64,000 bases of DNA, from IMG/VR virus record IMGVR_UViG_3300048033_000857, positions 19,338 through 83,337 of that record, one strand, 5' to 3'. Under the pieces are notes generated by a model, which was not told the origin of the DNA, ran no database searches, and worked only from the letters and a program-made list of their open reading frames with translations. Source of the DNA: a virus. Below, piece by piece: positions 26,543-36,176 of this stretch. The translations under genes and the position numbers were made by a program. Position 1 is the first letter of the stretch. The number at the start of each line of letters is the position of its first letter.

Positions 26543-26710
26543 CTAGCACCTTGTCAACCGATATTTTCGTTTGAGTTCACTAAAATTCCCTCTCACATAC
26601 TCATCGAACGTATACGGCTGAGTCTGACGCCATGCTTCCCATTCATCTCGGTTCTCCCAATACTGAGTCCACAGATAGGCACGAAAAGGTTTCAATTTAA
26701 ATTTATTCAT
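26543..26710 (-). CDS. small early hypothetical protein
   Basis: MNKFKLKPFRAYLW..., GAGGAG RBS, first promoter of the early block. Confidence 0.65.
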   Translation of the reverse strand: MNKFKLKPFRAYLWTQYWENRDEWEAWRQTQPYTFDEYVRGNFSELKRKYRLTRC

Positions 26711-26775
26711 CAGTTTCTCCTCTACACTGTAGTATATATAGTATACAACCAAACGACACCTTTGTCAAGACCACA

Positions 26776-27467
26776 AGCAGCGGGGCCTATAGTATGTTCG
26801 AACTGCTCTATAGTGTATAGTTCATCCTATACACGCACTCGACACTATAAGTCATTGATATCATTACACTATACACTATAGTAGAGTCACAGTGCGTGTA
26901 TAGTGTGTATAGTGTGTATAGTGTGTATATAGAGGCCTCTGGCCGAACGGTAGTAAGTGTTTGAATAATAAGGGAATTATATACACACTCAAAACCGGCC
27001 TACAGCAGCGGGGCCTAGTAGGATCTAGAGTGGATTTATGGTAGAGATGGTTCAGGTTTTGGATGAATTGGTGTGAATAAACCATTGATTTTTATACACT
27101 TTGGTGTACAATAACGCTAGGTTTTTATACACCATCTCGCGGTGACGAGAGGCATAGTTTAAATACTTTTCGACCCATTTCTGTACGTCTAATATCTGTA
27201 TGTTTTTGTACACCCTGTTAGATTATTCACGCATAATGCACACACAACCTAGCAGCGGGGCCTCTACACTAGCATGAGAGTGTGCAGCCACGCTCGCACA
27301 AGTGTCTCACTCTACTATAGTGTATAGTGTGTATAGTGCGCTACTGCTACTACTACTACTACTACTGTAGTCTATAGTGTATAGCGTATATGCGTTAACC
27401 GTAGTGTATAGTTCGAACTCATCTATATACGTGCGCATGTATAGTGTGTGATCTAGCAGCGGGGTCT
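26776..27467 (+). repeat. non-coding repeat block: 4 oriented AGCAGCGGGGCCT copies, TATAGTGTG tandem repeats, (CTA)n run, IHF boxes
   Basis: CAGCGGGG(C/T)CT at 26778, 27006, 27253 and 27457 (a fifth at 24162); (TAGTGTGTA)x3 near 26900; CTACTACTA 27347-27366. Confidence 0.8.
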
Positions 27468-27689
27468 TTATCGATATTTGTCTGCTGGATTATCACACAC
27501 TGTACTATCTGATTGTTCGCACAGTTTAAATGTAAGAGCTTTGCGTGGACCACGGGTTGTGTTTAGTGTGACTTCTCCACTCTTTTCATGAAACTCTATC
27601 TTAGTTATAGTTGCACGATCATTGTTAGGACCTACTAATATCTCTTGTCCTAGCTCTAGATTTAGATTGATAGTTCTCAGTGTTGCCAT
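27468..27689 (-). CDS. hypothetical protein (small beta-barrel-like)
   Basis: AAGGAG RBS; TAAATA motif upstream on the minus strand. Confidence 0.7.
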   Translation of the reverse strand: MATLRTINLNLELGQEILVGPNNDRATITKIEFHEKSGEVTLNTTRGPRKALTFKLCEQSDSTVCDNPADKYR

Positions 27690-27734
27690 GGGAAGTCTCC
27701 TTGTTTACTACTAATATTTATTGACACATTCAGC

Positions 27735-27762
27735 TTGACAATCTAAATCTAGACACTATAAT
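27735..27762 (+). promoter_or_regulatory. sigma70 promoter
   Basis: TTGACA-16nt-TATAAT, then AAGGAG RBS. Confidence 0.7.
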
Positions 27763-27785
27763 AAGTAGTACAAAGGAGTGGATAT

Positions 27786-28067
27786 ATGTATGAATCGATC
27801 AATGATGTTGTAGAGGGCACAAGTGTTGCTTGTAAGTTTCGAGTGGAGACTATGTTGGATACCCTAGGTCGTCCGGCACCAAATCTTTCGGACACGCCCT
27901 TGGCAGGGGTTGGAGTCTATGAGAGCTTGGGCGTTATTATGCAGCGTGATCATGCTCAGGGTGTGGTCAAGCTAGAAGACACAGCAAGCAAACGTCAGTT
28001 TGTTGTGGAGTATGCCAACATATGGGACATCGATGACGTTGAGTGGCAGGACCCATTGGATGGCTAG
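27786..28067 (+). CDS. hypothetical protein
   Basis: 93-aa ORF with AAGGAG RBS. Confidence 0.7.
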   Translation: MYESINDVVEGTSVACKFRVETMLDTLGRPAPNLSDTPLAGVGVYESLGVIMQRDHAQGVVKLEDTASKRQFVVEYANIWDIDDVEWQDPLDG

Positions 28068-28935
28068 ACGTGTTGAAATACACACTGATAGCTCTTGCGT
28101 AGAGTTTGAGTTGGCTGATACCTCAGCTGCAAACGCTTGGTTTGACTATGCACGTGATGTGGTTAGATACACCACCAACAGTTTTTATTGTACGCATGTG
28201 TGGAGAGAAGCAGCCACAAGTGCAGAGCAGACCAATTGGCAGCAGATCAAACGTTTGACACAGGAGCTAGACCATCACATTCAAACACTAGTACGTCACA
28301 CAGGTCAAGACTATGCCAGTGTGAAGGCTGCAATTCGCAGTCTAGAGTCACAGCCCACACAAGCAGCCTGCAACACCATACACAGATTGTTTACCAGTGT
28401 GTGTCAATCAGGGCAATTAGCAGAGCACAACTCAGCTGACCTAGAACAGAGTGTACACGCTATCAATGGTTGTGTACACGAGATAGAAGTCAGCTTTGGT
28501 CAACCCTTGCGTGAGCAATGGGATGGCAGAGTATTTCAAGTGTTGTTCACCGACGCACTCACACGTGAAGGCGTGGACTTTAGTGTGTGGAACACCAGCC
28601 TTAGACATCAACAGTTTGATCATCGCACTCAAAACACTGACTATGATGTGTGGCTCAATGACGACATATTGGGCAAAGATCTACCCAGATGTTTTCTTGA
28701 TCAAGATGACCCTTGCGAATCAGACATCACAGGCAATCAGTTTCTAACACCCAGCCTTTATTTCGATCTAGATCGACACTATCATCGTATAGTAACAAGC
28801 CCAGAGTTTAACACATGGCTGGACGATACCAAGTGTGGCAAAACACTAGACAGATGGCCCTTGGGCACCATTACTAACATAACACAACTGCCTGAGGAAT
28901 ACACTCAGGTCTTGGAGTATAAATTTTATGACTGA
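28060..28935 (+). CDS. hypothetical protein
   Basis: Overlapping operon gene; HxLF..H and LGKD motifs. Confidence 0.65.
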   Translation: MARRVEIHTDSSCVEFELADTSAANAWFDYARDVVRYTTNSFYCTHVWREAATSAEQTNWQQIKRLTQELDHHIQTLVRHTGQDYASVKAAIRSLESQPTQAACNTIHRLFTSVCQSGQLAEHNSADLEQSVHAINGCVHEIEVSFGQPLREQWDGRVFQVLFTDALTREGVDFSVWNTSLRHQQFDHRTQNTDYDVWLNDDILGKDLPRCFLDQDDPCESDITGNQFLTPSLYFDLDRHYHRIVTSPEFNTWLDDTKCGKTLDRWPLGTITNITQLPEEYTQVLEYKFYD

Positions 28936-30121
28936 CAAACGATGCCTTGCGCCTTGGATACACCTACACACTTGGCCCAATGGCAGCACCTATCCCTGTT
29001 GTCTAACAGACATGCGAGACATAGTAGGCAACACCAACAACAACACTCTCAAAGAAATATTCAACGACAAACCCATGCGTGATCTACGTTTGGATTTTAT
29101 AGCAGGCAAAGAACCCAAGACCTGTAGTCGTTGTTTCGAACAAGAGCGTATGGGTCAAAGCAGCCTGCGCAATCATATCGATCGCAATTTTGGACAACAC
29201 AAAGATCTTATCGCAACTACACTACAAGATGGAACAGTAGAAGACATGCGTCTAGTATACTGGGACTTTCGATTCTCTAACATCTGTAACATGAAGTGTC
29301 GCAGTTGTGGACCGCAGTTGAGTTCGGGTTGGTACGAAGATGAAAAGAAACTCAACGGACGTTTGCCTCCGGATGTACCAGATCGAACAATAGAGAGTAA
29401 CCTATGGGAAGATCTACTACCACATTTTGATTGGGTAGAAGAAATTTACTTTGCAGGCGGTGAGCCTCTTATAATGGAGGAACACTATCGTATTCTAAAC
29501 AGACTGTTAGAACTAGAAAAAACTGATGTGCGCATACGATATAACACTAACTTTTCAACCATGCGTTACAAAAAGCTAGATGCTATTGATGCTTGGAGTA
29601 ACTTTAAAAATGTAGAAATTGGTGCTAGCCTAGACGGCATGGGCAAACAAGCTGAGTACATTCGTTCTGGTACTAAATGGCAGCAGGTACTAGACAATAG
29701 AGAACGTATGAAACTCAAAGTGCCGCATGCAAACTTCTACATCAATTGTACTGTGAGTGTGCAGAATGCATATCACATTGTAGATTTTTATAAATGGGCT
29801 GTTGAATCAGACTTTATTCCTTATGTTGATAGTTTTAGAATTAATATAGTTCAAAACCCTCTCAAATTAAGGATGCAGATGCTTCCTACTCATCATAAAC
29901 AGGCTCTTACCAAACTGTATAAAGAAACAGCAGAATGGGCCAAGACCAAAGGCAGTAACGGATTGGTAGTAGATCAGTGGGAAAGTTTGATTAATTTCTT
30001 AAATGATCAAGATCAGCCTGAAAACTTAGAGCAGTTTAAAACATACATGGGTGCTATAGATAACATAAGGAATGAAAGTTTTGCTGAAACGTTTCCTGAA
30101 ATGAGAGACCTAATTGAATGA
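28928..30121 (+). CDS. radical SAM protein with N-terminal twitch/SPASM-like domain
   Basis: CLAPW..G.TYPCC; CNMKCRSC; FAGGEP; YNTN; SLDG. Confidence 0.88.
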   Translation: MTDKRCLAPWIHLHTWPNGSTYPCCLTDMRDIVGNTNNNTLKEIFNDKPMRDLRLDFIAGKEPKTCSRCFEQERMGQSSLRNHIDRNFGQHKDLIATTLQDGTVEDMRLVYWDFRFSNICNMKCRSCGPQLSSGWYEDEKKLNGRLPPDVPDRTIESNLWEDLLPHFDWVEEIYFAGGEPLIMEEHYRILNRLLELEKTDVRIRYNTNFSTMRYKKLDAIDAWSNFKNVEIGASLDGMGKQAEYIRSGTKWQQVLDNRERMKLKVPHANFYINCTVSVQNAYHIVDFYKWAVESDFIPYVDSFRINIVQNPLKLRMQMLPTHHKQALTKLYKETAEWAKTKGSNGLVVDQWESLINFLNDQDQPENLEQFKTYMGAIDNIRNESFAETFPEMRDLIE

Positions 30122-31209
30122 GTAAGCCGTGCTTATTACCATTTATACATTTAGAAACTGACACAGTAGGCAATGTTCGTCCTTGTTGTATGTGGCGCGG
30201 CGAACCAATGGGCAATCTAAACAATCAAAGTATCGACGAAGTATGGAATGGAGAGCGTTATTCAGCTCTTCGAGAACAGTTTCGCACAAGCAAACAATTG
30301 CCTAGTGGTTGTGAATTTTGTTGGCGTGCCGAACAAGGAGGCATGCAGAGCAAAAGACAAAATGATAATGCTAGATTTGACCATCATCAGCACGGAGTTA
30401 CGCTCGATGCTCCTGTTTATTTAGATCTTAAACTAGGATCAATATGCAACATTAAATGTCGTACTTGTTCGTCACAGCATTCACAAAAATGGGCTGCTGA
30501 TGAGAAAATAATATACGGCGAACAACGTTTCCCTACAGTTCTTAATTGGCTAGATGACGACAGTCAGTTTTGGAAAGACTTAGAAAAAATTGCTCCTACT
30601 ATTGAGTTTATTGATTTTACTGGAGGAGAACCTTTTCTAGTAAAAGGCCACTGGCAACTATTAGAGTATCTTGTCGAGCACGGATACGCTGCTAATATTA
30701 AAATACATTACAACACAAACGGAACAGTACTACCCAAGCCAGAGCAACGCGACTTATGGTTGCACTTTGAATGGGTAGAAACTATGTTTTCTTTTGATGG
30801 CATAGGCAGCAAGTTTGAGTATTTACGTCATCCTGCACGTTGGGATAAAGTCCTGCATACCTTTAACACAATACTTGATGAAGCTGTTACTCATACAACA
30901 TTATGTTACACAGTTAGTTTAATGAATGTATTAGACATGAGAGAGTTTGCAGAGTGGGCCCCTGTTGATGTGTATTGGAATATGTTACACGGACCAGAGT
31001 ATTATAGTATACGTAATCTACCAGAAAATGTAAAAGACATTATTGCTGATAAAATAGATAGACAAGATGTAATAGATTACATGTACGCCGGCGAGCATAG
31101 TAAAGGTCTATGGGAAGATTTTGTAAAAACTACAAAACAAATTGATATAATACGTAACGAAAACTTTAGTACAGTATTTCCAGAACTTTCTCAACTAATA
31201 AATATCTAA
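30118..31209 (+). CDS. radical SAM protein with N-terminal twitch/SPASM-like domain (paralog)
   Basis: CLLPF..GNVRPCC; CNIKCRTC; FTGGEP; YNTNG; SFDG. Confidence 0.88.
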   Translation: MSKPCLLPFIHLETDTVGNVRPCCMWRGEPMGNLNNQSIDEVWNGERYSALREQFRTSKQLPSGCEFCWRAEQGGMQSKRQNDNARFDHHQHGVTLDAPVYLDLKLGSICNIKCRTCSSQHSQKWAADEKIIYGEQRFPTVLNWLDDDSQFWKDLEKIAPTIEFIDFTGGEPFLVKGHWQLLEYLVEHGYAANIKIHYNTNGTVLPKPEQRDLWLHFEWVETMFSFDGIGSKFEYLRHPARWDKVLHTFNTILDEAVTHTTLCYTVSLMNVLDMREFAEWAPVDVYWNMLHGPEYYSIRNLPENVKDIIADKIDRQDVIDYMYAGEHSKGLWEDFVKTTKQIDIIRNENFSTVFPELSQLINI

Positions 31210-31268
31210 CGAGAGTAAATCTACACTAAATATATACAACGCACGTACAAATTTAAACAGGAGAGAAA

Positions 31269-33533
31269 ATGCCTCTATCAGTATCAGTTTACGGGTTCCA
31301 GACACAGCCCGGATTTCAAACAGCAGGGCGATGGGCAACTGCAAATGTTGCACAAGAAGACGGAGCCGATATTCTTGTGTATACTTGCCCAGGTGAGCTT
31401 ATAGCAGAATATATGATTGTTGCTGTTAGTATAACAAACAGAGATGTAGTTGCAGCTAATAACGTAAGTTTTGCAGTATCGTCAACAGAAAAACCACAAC
31501 CTTATGAGTTTGTTGAATACAACTCTGCACTAGTTCCTGGAGGTACACTAGAAAGAACACAGATTATTCTTTCACCAGGTGACAAAATTGTTGTACGTTG
31601 GGGTGTACAATATCCAGGCAATTCGATTACAAGTGACGACGGCAAAGCAATGCTTGTAAGCTCAAGCACTCCAGGTGATAATAACGAAAATGATCTACTC
31701 CAACTAGAAAGTAGAGGCGTAGCACCTACACAATCATTTGTACAGGGTGTATTTGATAGATCTACTTGGGCATATGGAACTAAGTCTGGATATCGTTTTG
31801 ATGCTAGTACTATTTCTAGTCTCACAGTAGAAGATCAAGTTGCTACTGTAGAGTTCCTTGATATTAATTATGGAACCTCAACACCTTTACAAATATCAGA
31901 GTCGGTTGAAATTGGTACTATTGTAGGTGATACTACCGATGGCACAACACTAGACACTTCACAGCCTTTCTATCCTGTTACTGTTTCTAGCTTTGATGCA
32001 GACGAAGGTATTCCTGGCAATTTTAATCTAGTATTAAATGCAGCAAGTGACGGTAGACTGTTTGATCAAGCAGGCGGGCAATGGCCAGTTGGTTCTTTTG
32101 TTTATGGTCAAAGATCAGCAGCTAACGGAGAAATTACAGGAATTTCTGGAAGTACTTTAATTTTACAAAATGTTACAGATATATTTGAAGAAAATGAAAC
32201 ATTGTTTACAGTTGAGCCCGGTTCAATTGCTGGCCTATCATTTGCGCAAGGTTCTCCTTTATGGGTTAATCCTGAGGCAGGACAAGGCCCAGGCGGCGGT
32301 GGCGGAGCAGGTGACGGTTCAGGCAGTGGCGGCAATCCACAGTCCGGCGGCGATGTAGGACACACAGGCTCAGATGGTGACTATTTAGATTTAACAGCTA
32401 AGACAAATACAGCAGTGTTTGACTTTGAAGAAGATAGTGGTAACAGTGTTAGAGTCAGCGAAGAGTATTGGTATGATACTACAGATGGTACTGAAATACC
32501 GTTTACACCTGGCACAACATACACAATTAAATTTTTCTGGAGCGGTGGATCAAACAGCTTAGAAATTAATCGTGTGTACGAACGCACAGGACAGATTCAA
32601 CTTACATCAGCAACAGGATTCCGTGGCAATCTAAACGGTAATGCTTGGAACATTGGTTTAGATGATACAGACGGTACAGATTGGTATAACACTATTCAAA
32701 GTGCAAACGGCGGACGTTGGTTTGAGTTTTATGAAACTGCACCGTTAGGTGGCGGCGGTGGCGGCGGTGGCGGCGGTGGCAACCCTGCAACCTATGCTGT
32801 TACTCCGGCTGCAACTTCAGTGAATGAAGGCGAAGCACTTACAGTTGATGTCGCAGTTACTGGTGTTCCAGGCGGCACTACACTATACTGGAGTGTAACA
32901 AGACAAGCTGACTTTACTGAGTCCACAGGATCGTTTACAGTACAAAGCGGAGTAGGACAGTTCACAGTTACACCTTTAGCAGATGCAACAACAGAAGGTG
33001 CAGAAACATTTACAGTTAGCATTAGAACTGACAGCGTTTCAGGTACAATAGTTGCTACAAGTGATCCTATTACAATCAACGATGTTAGTTTAGATTCTCC
33101 AGCACCAGTTATAGGTCCGGACGGATCAAGTCTAGTAGATACTACAACAGGTACAACAGATCCAATACTTGATCCAAAAGTTAACGGAACTGTCAACGGA
33201 CAAGAAATTGACGGCGACACCTACACAATACCAGGTTGGGGAGTACTTACACCTAACGGAGCACAAGAAAACTTCACAGTTGGTGATAGCTATGTTATAG
33301 AATTCTTCTACAACGATGGAGCAAATAGTGTACAGTTAACAAGAACATTTGAGTTTGTTGGTTTAGAAGAAGACGGTGTTACAAGACACGGTGTTGAAGA
33401 AGTTACAACTAATGGATTCCGTTGTAACAAGCGTGGCGATACTTGGACTATTGGTGATGGAACAAATACAGGCTGGATAACCACGCTACAGAATTCTACC
33501 GGAACACGTTGGTTTGAGATTAATCCAGCTTAA
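31269..33533 (+). CDS. virion structural / fibre protein with Gly-rich linkers and a Calx-beta-like domain
   Basis: poly-Gly linkers, 'SVNEGE...ADATTEGAETFTVSIRTDSVSG', internally repeated 'IKFF..GANS..R..E' domain. Confidence 0.7.
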   Translation: MPLSVSVYGFQTQPGFQTAGRWATANVAQEDGADILVYTCPGELIAEYMIVAVSITNRDVVAANNVSFAVSSTEKPQPYEFVEYNSALVPGGTLERTQIILSPGDKIVVRWGVQYPGNSITSDDGKAMLVSSSTPGDNNENDLLQLESRGVAPTQSFVQGVFDRSTWAYGTKSGYRFDASTISSLTVEDQVATVEFLDINYGTSTPLQISESVEIGTIVGDTTDGTTLDTSQPFYPVTVSSFDADEGIPGNFNLVLNAASDGRLFDQAGGQWPVGSFVYGQRSAANGEITGISGSTLILQNVTDIFEENETLFTVEPGSIAGLSFAQGSPLWVNPEAGQGPGGGGGAGDGSGSGGNPQSGGDVGHTGSDGDYLDLTAKTNTAVFDFEEDSGNSVRVSEEYWYDTTDGTEIPFTPGTTYTIKFFWSGGSNSLEINRVYERTGQIQLTSATGFRGNLNGNAWNIGLDDTDGTDWYNTIQSANGGRWFEFYETAPLGGGGGGGGGGGNPATYAVTPAATSVNEGEALTVDVAVTGVPGGTTLYWSVTRQADFTESTGSFTVQSGVGQFTVTPLADATTEGAETFTVSIRTDSVSGTIVATSDPITINDVSLDSPAPVIGPDGSSLVDTTTGTTDPILDPKVNGTVNGQEIDGDTYTIPGWGVLTPNGAQENFTVGDSYVIEFFYNDGANSVQLTRTFEFVGLEEDGVTRHGVEEVTTNGFRCNKRGDTWTIGDGTNTGWITTLQNSTGTRWFEINPA

Positions 33534-33549
33534 TTAAGGTAAATACTGT

Positions 33550-33804
33550 ATGCGCATAGACGAAGTACTAACAGACGAAGAAGATTTAATTGATTGGAGA
33601 GCAAGCAAAGAGCTGTGCTTAGGCGACAAGCCTGACAAAGCAATCGGTGCCAGTGCTTTATCCAGTTGCAAAAGCCAAGGCTATAGAAAACGCAAAGGCA
33701 AAAAGAGTCATAAAGTAGGAAAACGTAGAGTTACAGTAGGCGGTAAGAAAATACGCGGCAAGAAGTATGGAGGCCCATTACCTGACTGGGGGACACGTAA
33801 ATGA
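33550..33804 (+). CDS. small basic protein (putative head-internal)
   Basis: MRIDEV N-terminus, K/R-rich, leaderless after TAAATA. Confidence 0.7.
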   Translation: MRIDEVLTDEEDLIDWRASKELCLGDKPDKAIGASALSSCKSQGYRKRKGKKSHKVGKRRVTVGGKKIRGKKYGGPLPDWGTRK

Positions 33805-34190
33805 AAATATTCGAAGTAACAAACGAACAAGAACAAACACCTCAGAATGTAGCTGACCTAGCTACACAACGTGATCAGCCAATGTCAGGGGAGACTAGAG
33901 ACTTACCTATTCCTGTAGAGATTGCAGAACCTGCATTACGTTTAGCACCAAGTCTGAGACAGTTTGTTATATATGATTCCACACACGGAGTTGTAGGCAT
34001 AAAAACAGTTAATGGCAACACAATTAGACAATTACAGCAAAGTTTAAACAGAGCAGGATACGATTTACAAGTTGATGGTGTTGCAGGTAATAGTACAAGA
34101 GCAGCAATAATAGATATTTTTTACACAATAGCAGACGCACAGAATAACTTTGGAGTTGACCCGACAATGCCTGCACCAGGGACGAATTAA
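33801..34190 (+). CDS. peptidoglycan-binding domain protein
   Basis: IRQLQQSLNRAGYDLQVDGVAGNSTRAAI (PG_binding_1). Confidence 0.75.
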   Translation: MKIFEVTNEQEQTPQNVADLATQRDQPMSGETRDLPIPVEIAEPALRLAPSLRQFVIYDSTHGVVGIKTVNGNTIRQLQQSLNRAGYDLQVDGVAGNSTRAAIIDIFYTIADAQNNFGVDPTMPAPGTN

Positions 34191-35203
34191 TGAGATATAC
34201 AGATTTTAAACTTGTAGAAACACATTTCAAAGAACAAGAGAATCCGTTTGGTGATATTGTAGACGCAGCAAATGGCGGCAATTCAACAACTACACCAGCA
34301 CCAGATGACGGCTCACGTGGTCAAAACAATCAAACATCACCAACTGATGACAGCAGCAGCGATCAACAAGAAGAAACAGTTGGCTTAGAAGCAGGCCCCC
34401 CTTACCCACAAGAAGATAGAGATGCTGTTCGTACTATGCAAACTAAGTTAGAAGAGCTAGGTTACTCAGTAGGTAGTACAGGCATTGATGGTAAGTATGG
34501 TCCTAGAACAAGTCGTGCAGTTAGAGCATTTAAACGAGATAATAACATTCCTACACCTAACGCAGGGCGTAGTATGAGTCAAGACGAGTTGACTACACTT
34601 TCGTCAGCAACCCCAGTTGACAACCCAACAGCTACAGGTAATGAAGGCGCAGACGGCGGCTCAGCTAGATACGATTTACCACCATTATTGCAGTCAGACG
34701 TGCAAGGTAGGGTAGGTAGTATATTAGACTTTATTTCACAATACGAAAGTCGAGGCCGTTATGATATGCGCAACGGCGGAACAAGGGATCCTCGCATACT
34801 TGACATGACTATTGCAGAAATATTACAGTATCAACGATCTGCACCTTGGCCAAACGGCGAAAGTAGTGCTATTGGACGTTATCAATATATACCCACCACA
34901 TTAAGAAATACTGCTAGACAAATGGGTCTAGATATTAATAATGTAAAATTTGACGAAGATACTCAAGATCAATTAGCAATTTATACTCTAAGACAAAGTT
35001 GTGGATTAGATCAATGGCTAAGAAGCGACGGCGGCGAGAGAGCAAACACACGTTTTATAAACGGAGTTGCACAAATATGGTCAGCTATTCCGCAGTCAAA
35101 TAATCGCAGTGCGCATAGAGGAATTGGCAGCAATCGTAGAGGACTTGATTTCTCGCAAGCTCTTGCTATGGTAGGAGACATTCATCAAAGTGGAATGTCG
35201 TAA
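34190..35203 (+). CDS. peptidoglycan hydrolase: PG-binding plus lambda-lysozyme/GH104-like domain
   Basis: MQTKLEELGY..GIDGKYGPRT..AVRAFK; ESRG.Y...SSAIGRYQYIPTT...FDEDTQD...W. Confidence 0.82.
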   Translation: MRYTDFKLVETHFKEQENPFGDIVDAANGGNSTTTPAPDDGSRGQNNQTSPTDDSSSDQQEETVGLEAGPPYPQEDRDAVRTMQTKLEELGYSVGSTGIDGKYGPRTSRAVRAFKRDNNIPTPNAGRSMSQDELTTLSSATPVDNPTATGNEGADGGSARYDLPPLLQSDVQGRVGSILDFISQYESRGRYDMRNGGTRDPRILDMTIAEILQYQRSAPWPNGESSAIGRYQYIPTTLRNTARQMGLDINNVKFDEDTQDQLAIYTLRQSCGLDQWLRSDGGERANTRFINGVAQIWSAIPQSNNRSAHRGIGSNRRGLDFSQALAMVGDIHQSGMS

Positions 35204-35211
35204 GGAGTAGC

Positions 35212-35757
35212 ATGCTAGGAAAACTTTTAATTGCACACCCTAATCTTCCTGCAACAAATCCTTTTTACAAAAGTGTAATTTACATATTTGACGACGGTCC
35301 CGACGGAACACAAGGACTTATATTAAACAAACCTAGCGATTTTAGAATAACAGATTTTTTTAGATCAAAAGGGTTTGAATTGCCAATAATTAAAGAAACA
35401 ATGCGTTTCGGCGGCCCTGTTAAAACAAATATGGTTGTTATGTTACATTCTGATGGTTGGTATTCTAGTTCGACATCATATACACGAAATGGAATATCAT
35501 TAAGTTGCGATGATTTAATGCTACAAAAGATATGTATTGGTGACTTTCCTACTTATTATAGAATGTTTATGGGTGTAAGTACTTGGCGCCCAGGACAGCT
35601 TGATGCCGAATTGCAAGGAATTCGACCTTATAAATCAGAAAATAGTTGGTTAATTGCAGAAGCAGACCCTAATATTATATTTGATTATGATAGCCAACGA
35701 CAATGGGATAAAGCAGTTTCTAGAAGTAGTCAAGAAATGATAAACAACTACTTCTAA
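35212..35757 (+). CDS. YqgE/AlgH (UPF0301) family protein
   Basis: GKLLIAHP.L..PF.KSVIYI...GLILNKP...GGPV...G.S.W.PGQLDAEL...SWL. Confidence 0.88.
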   Translation: MLGKLLIAHPNLPATNPFYKSVIYIFDDGPDGTQGLILNKPSDFRITDFFRSKGFELPIIKETMRFGGPVKTNMVVMLHSDGWYSSSTSYTRNGISLSCDDLMLQKICIGDFPTYYRMFMGVSTWRPGQLDAELQGIRPYKSENSWLIAEADPNIIFDYDSQRQWDKAVSRSSQEMINNYF

Positions 35758-35782
35758 ATGTATTATAAAAAGGAATGACTCT

Positions 35783-36127
35783 ATGAAATGGCTAGTAACA
35801 ATTTCTATGTGTCTACTAGCTAGTATAGCAGTTGCACAAGAACAAACTCCAGAGATGTTAATGTTCCCCATGGGGATACCCTGCACACCGCCTGTTCCAG
35901 ACCTATACGACAACTTTGAAAACAACATGGGCGAGCTGCCTATGTTGCGTGGCCGGGCTAAGGTAATGAGTGTTCGTGGAACAGAATACCCTGTAACAAT
36001 GGAAATGTTTGTCAATCCCGACACAAGAGACTTTACTATTATTGTGCTGTTTGACGATGACGAAATGGCATGCATACTAACTGTTGGAAAAGAACTTATA
36101 CCCTTTATACAAGGCGATCAGATATAA
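35783..36127 (+). CDS. secreted hypothetical protein
   Basis: Signal peptide MKWLVTISMCLLASIAVAQ. Confidence 0.65.
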   Translation: MKWLVTISMCLLASIAVAQEQTPEMLMFPMGIPCTPPVPDLYDNFENNMGELPMLRGRAKVMSVRGTEYPVTMEMFVNPDTRDFTIIVLFDDDEMACILTVGKELIPFIQGDQI

Positions 36128-36176
36128 CATTGTAATGTAATCCTTTTTGTAAATATATGAAATAGAGGATAATCAT

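Larger units (their letters stand above)
17838..26766 (-). promoter_or_regulatory. about 20 repeated early promoter/leader cassettes (GGTTGACA-16/17nt-TATACT/TATAGT...GAGGGC-ATG)
   Basis: -35 boxes (plus-strand TGTCAA) near 17890, 18407, 19696, 20251, 20567, 20965, 21233, 21900, 22452, 22708, 23158, 24125, 24551, 24981, 26074, 26552, 26763; TTTACA variants near 25414 and 25780. Confidence 0.88.

Noticed and set aside
17830-26770. Recurring ~40-nt repeats as a possible CRISPR array
   Set aside because: Copies are degenerate, separated by whole genes of variable length and match sigma70 promoter plus RBS; no cas operon
26876-27085. ORF with HYTHYTHYT repeats
   Set aside because: Translation of the TAGTGTGTA DNA microrepeat; no RBS; lies in a non-coding repeat block
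32290-32782. GGC-rich tandem repeats
   Set aside because: They encode poly-Gly linkers in a structural protein
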